Below are positions 57,928-58,992 of a stretch of DNA of 58,992 nucleotides, in pieces. How positions within the stretch are numbered: the stretch's first letter is position 1; every line of letters starts with the position of its first letter. Source of the stretch: a virus (Duplodnaviria; Caudoviricetes); the IMG/VR virus record IMGVR_UViG_3300049783_001388, positions 1 to 58,992 of that record. One strand, given 5' to 3'. Both the position numbers and the translations under genes were made by a program. The notes below the pieces were generated by a model that saw only the letters and a program-made list of their open reading frames with translations, was not told the origin of the DNA and searched no databases.

Positions 57928-58756
57928 GTAATAGCATAAGGTTAGTTGACACTAGCCTATTGCTTGACCCAATAACTGATGTTCATAATTGTGATTACAT
58001 AGGCTTGGTTTAATTTAGTGCATTTTAAGCCAATCAAAATAACTAGGCATATATTAGCACCACTTTTTTAAAATGATGCCTTAAAACGTACATAAACACG
58101 TCTTAAGTGCCATTGATTGGCTTAACTTGGTTACATTTGCATACATTAACTCATTAAAGGGGGGATATCATTATAGTATGCTCATATAAAAAGCTGAAAA
58201 TTACATCATCATTATTGAAACAATTATTGATAGTAACTCAATAAAAATTAAAATTGGTATAAATATCACATAAGCGACTTAAGATTCAAACTAAATAAGT
58301 GTATAAGATGTTGATGTGATTTATGGTTATAATGATTTACAATGATGTGGAAGTCAATAATGTTGCAATAGTTGGCTTGGATTTAACTCATTAAAAATAA
58401 ATAAATTGGGCAAATAAAGCATATCACAGTTATGATCTTTACTCCCACAATAAAATAAAATATAGAAGTGATAAACATATATATGACCAATAGCCACAAC
58501 ATATCATAACATCAACGTCAATTAATAGCTCATACTCAACTTACCATGTACTAGCATACACACAATACACTCATAAAATATGATATTCAAATTTGGAAAT
58601 AAATAATCAAATCAATTTAAACGCTTCGCAATCTTGGGGTCTTCACATACGTAAATCAAAAAAACAGCTCATTGTCTAAGGCTGACATATAATGACTTCA
58701 TTTTAGATATGACATGAATCACGTGTCCCAGGCATGATTGAAACGTCATTAACCTA

Positions 58757-58992
58757 CGGTTCTTCTTGACTATCGGTTCATGTTTCTATGTGACTATCAT
58801 TTCGTCGGTTCTGTTCGGTTCATGTTTCTTCTTGACTATCTGTCGTGGTTCTGTTCGGTTCATGTTTCTTCTTGACTATCGGTTCGTGGTTCTGTTCTAA
58901 TCATGTTTCTTTATGACTACTGGTTCTTTAAGATGTTCTAAATCACAGTTCTATGTGACTACTGGTTCTTTAAGATTTTCTAAATCACAGTT
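58757..58992. repeat. Degenerate ~41-nt tandem repeat array running off the window end
   Basis: TGACTA anchors at 58767, 58791, 58833, 58873, 58914, 58956 (spacings 24, 42, 40, 41, 42); GTTC/TTTC sub-motifs. Confidence 0.9.

Noticed and set aside
10660-58106. Integron attC (59-base element) identity for the ~60-bp dyads
   Set aside because: They lack RYYYAAC/GTTRRRY ends and extended internal pairing, and no integrase is in the window.
58757-58992. CRISPR array
   Set aside because: The units are degenerate tandem copies with no constant repeat separated by unique spacers, and no cas genes are present.
1-58992. Prophage or host chromosomal region
   Set aside because: No integrase, repressor or host housekeeping synteny; the unidirectional, densely packed gene set fits a lytic phage.

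Overview
AT-rich segment of a lytic dsDNA phage genome with essentially all real genes on the + strand. The host is most likely Bacteroidota, inferred from many TAnnTTTG/A -7 promoter boxes and A-rich starts without Shine-Dalgarno sites. Order: (1) 1-11.9 kb, virion and lysis genes (two adhesins with four PKD-like+DUF285/BspA modules, a capsid-fold+Ig protein, amidase, holin-like proteins); (2) 12-38.5 kb, replication, recombination and nucleotide metabolism (DnaC-like loader, RNase H, SNF2 helicase, 5-hmdU DNA kinase, dUMP hydroxymethylase-like thymidylate synthase homologue, ribonucleotide reductase, SSB, SbcCD, RecA, RuvC, DEDDh exonuclease, DnaB, primase, dUTPase, TAGT-like glycosyltransferase, DnaE polymerase) with an RNA-gene island; (3) 39-43 kb, dNMP kinase, a T7-like single-subunit RNA polymerase and a nucleotidyltransferase; (4) 43-58 kb, ligase and many small genes, often each behind a copy of a fixed-spacing promoter cassette; (5) a non-coding end with ~41-nt degenerate tandem repeats. 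Most notable: a candidate new thymidine hypermodification pathway (hmU + DNA kinase + glycosyltransferase), three tRNA-like RNAs with intact acceptor and T arms but aberrant anticodon arms, a pseudoknotted ncRNA candidate, and several families of non-coding elements (TCCAA/-7 promoter cassettes, T7-like promoter candidates, ~60-bp helically phased dyads). All protein calls come from recognising motifs by eye; no searches were run.
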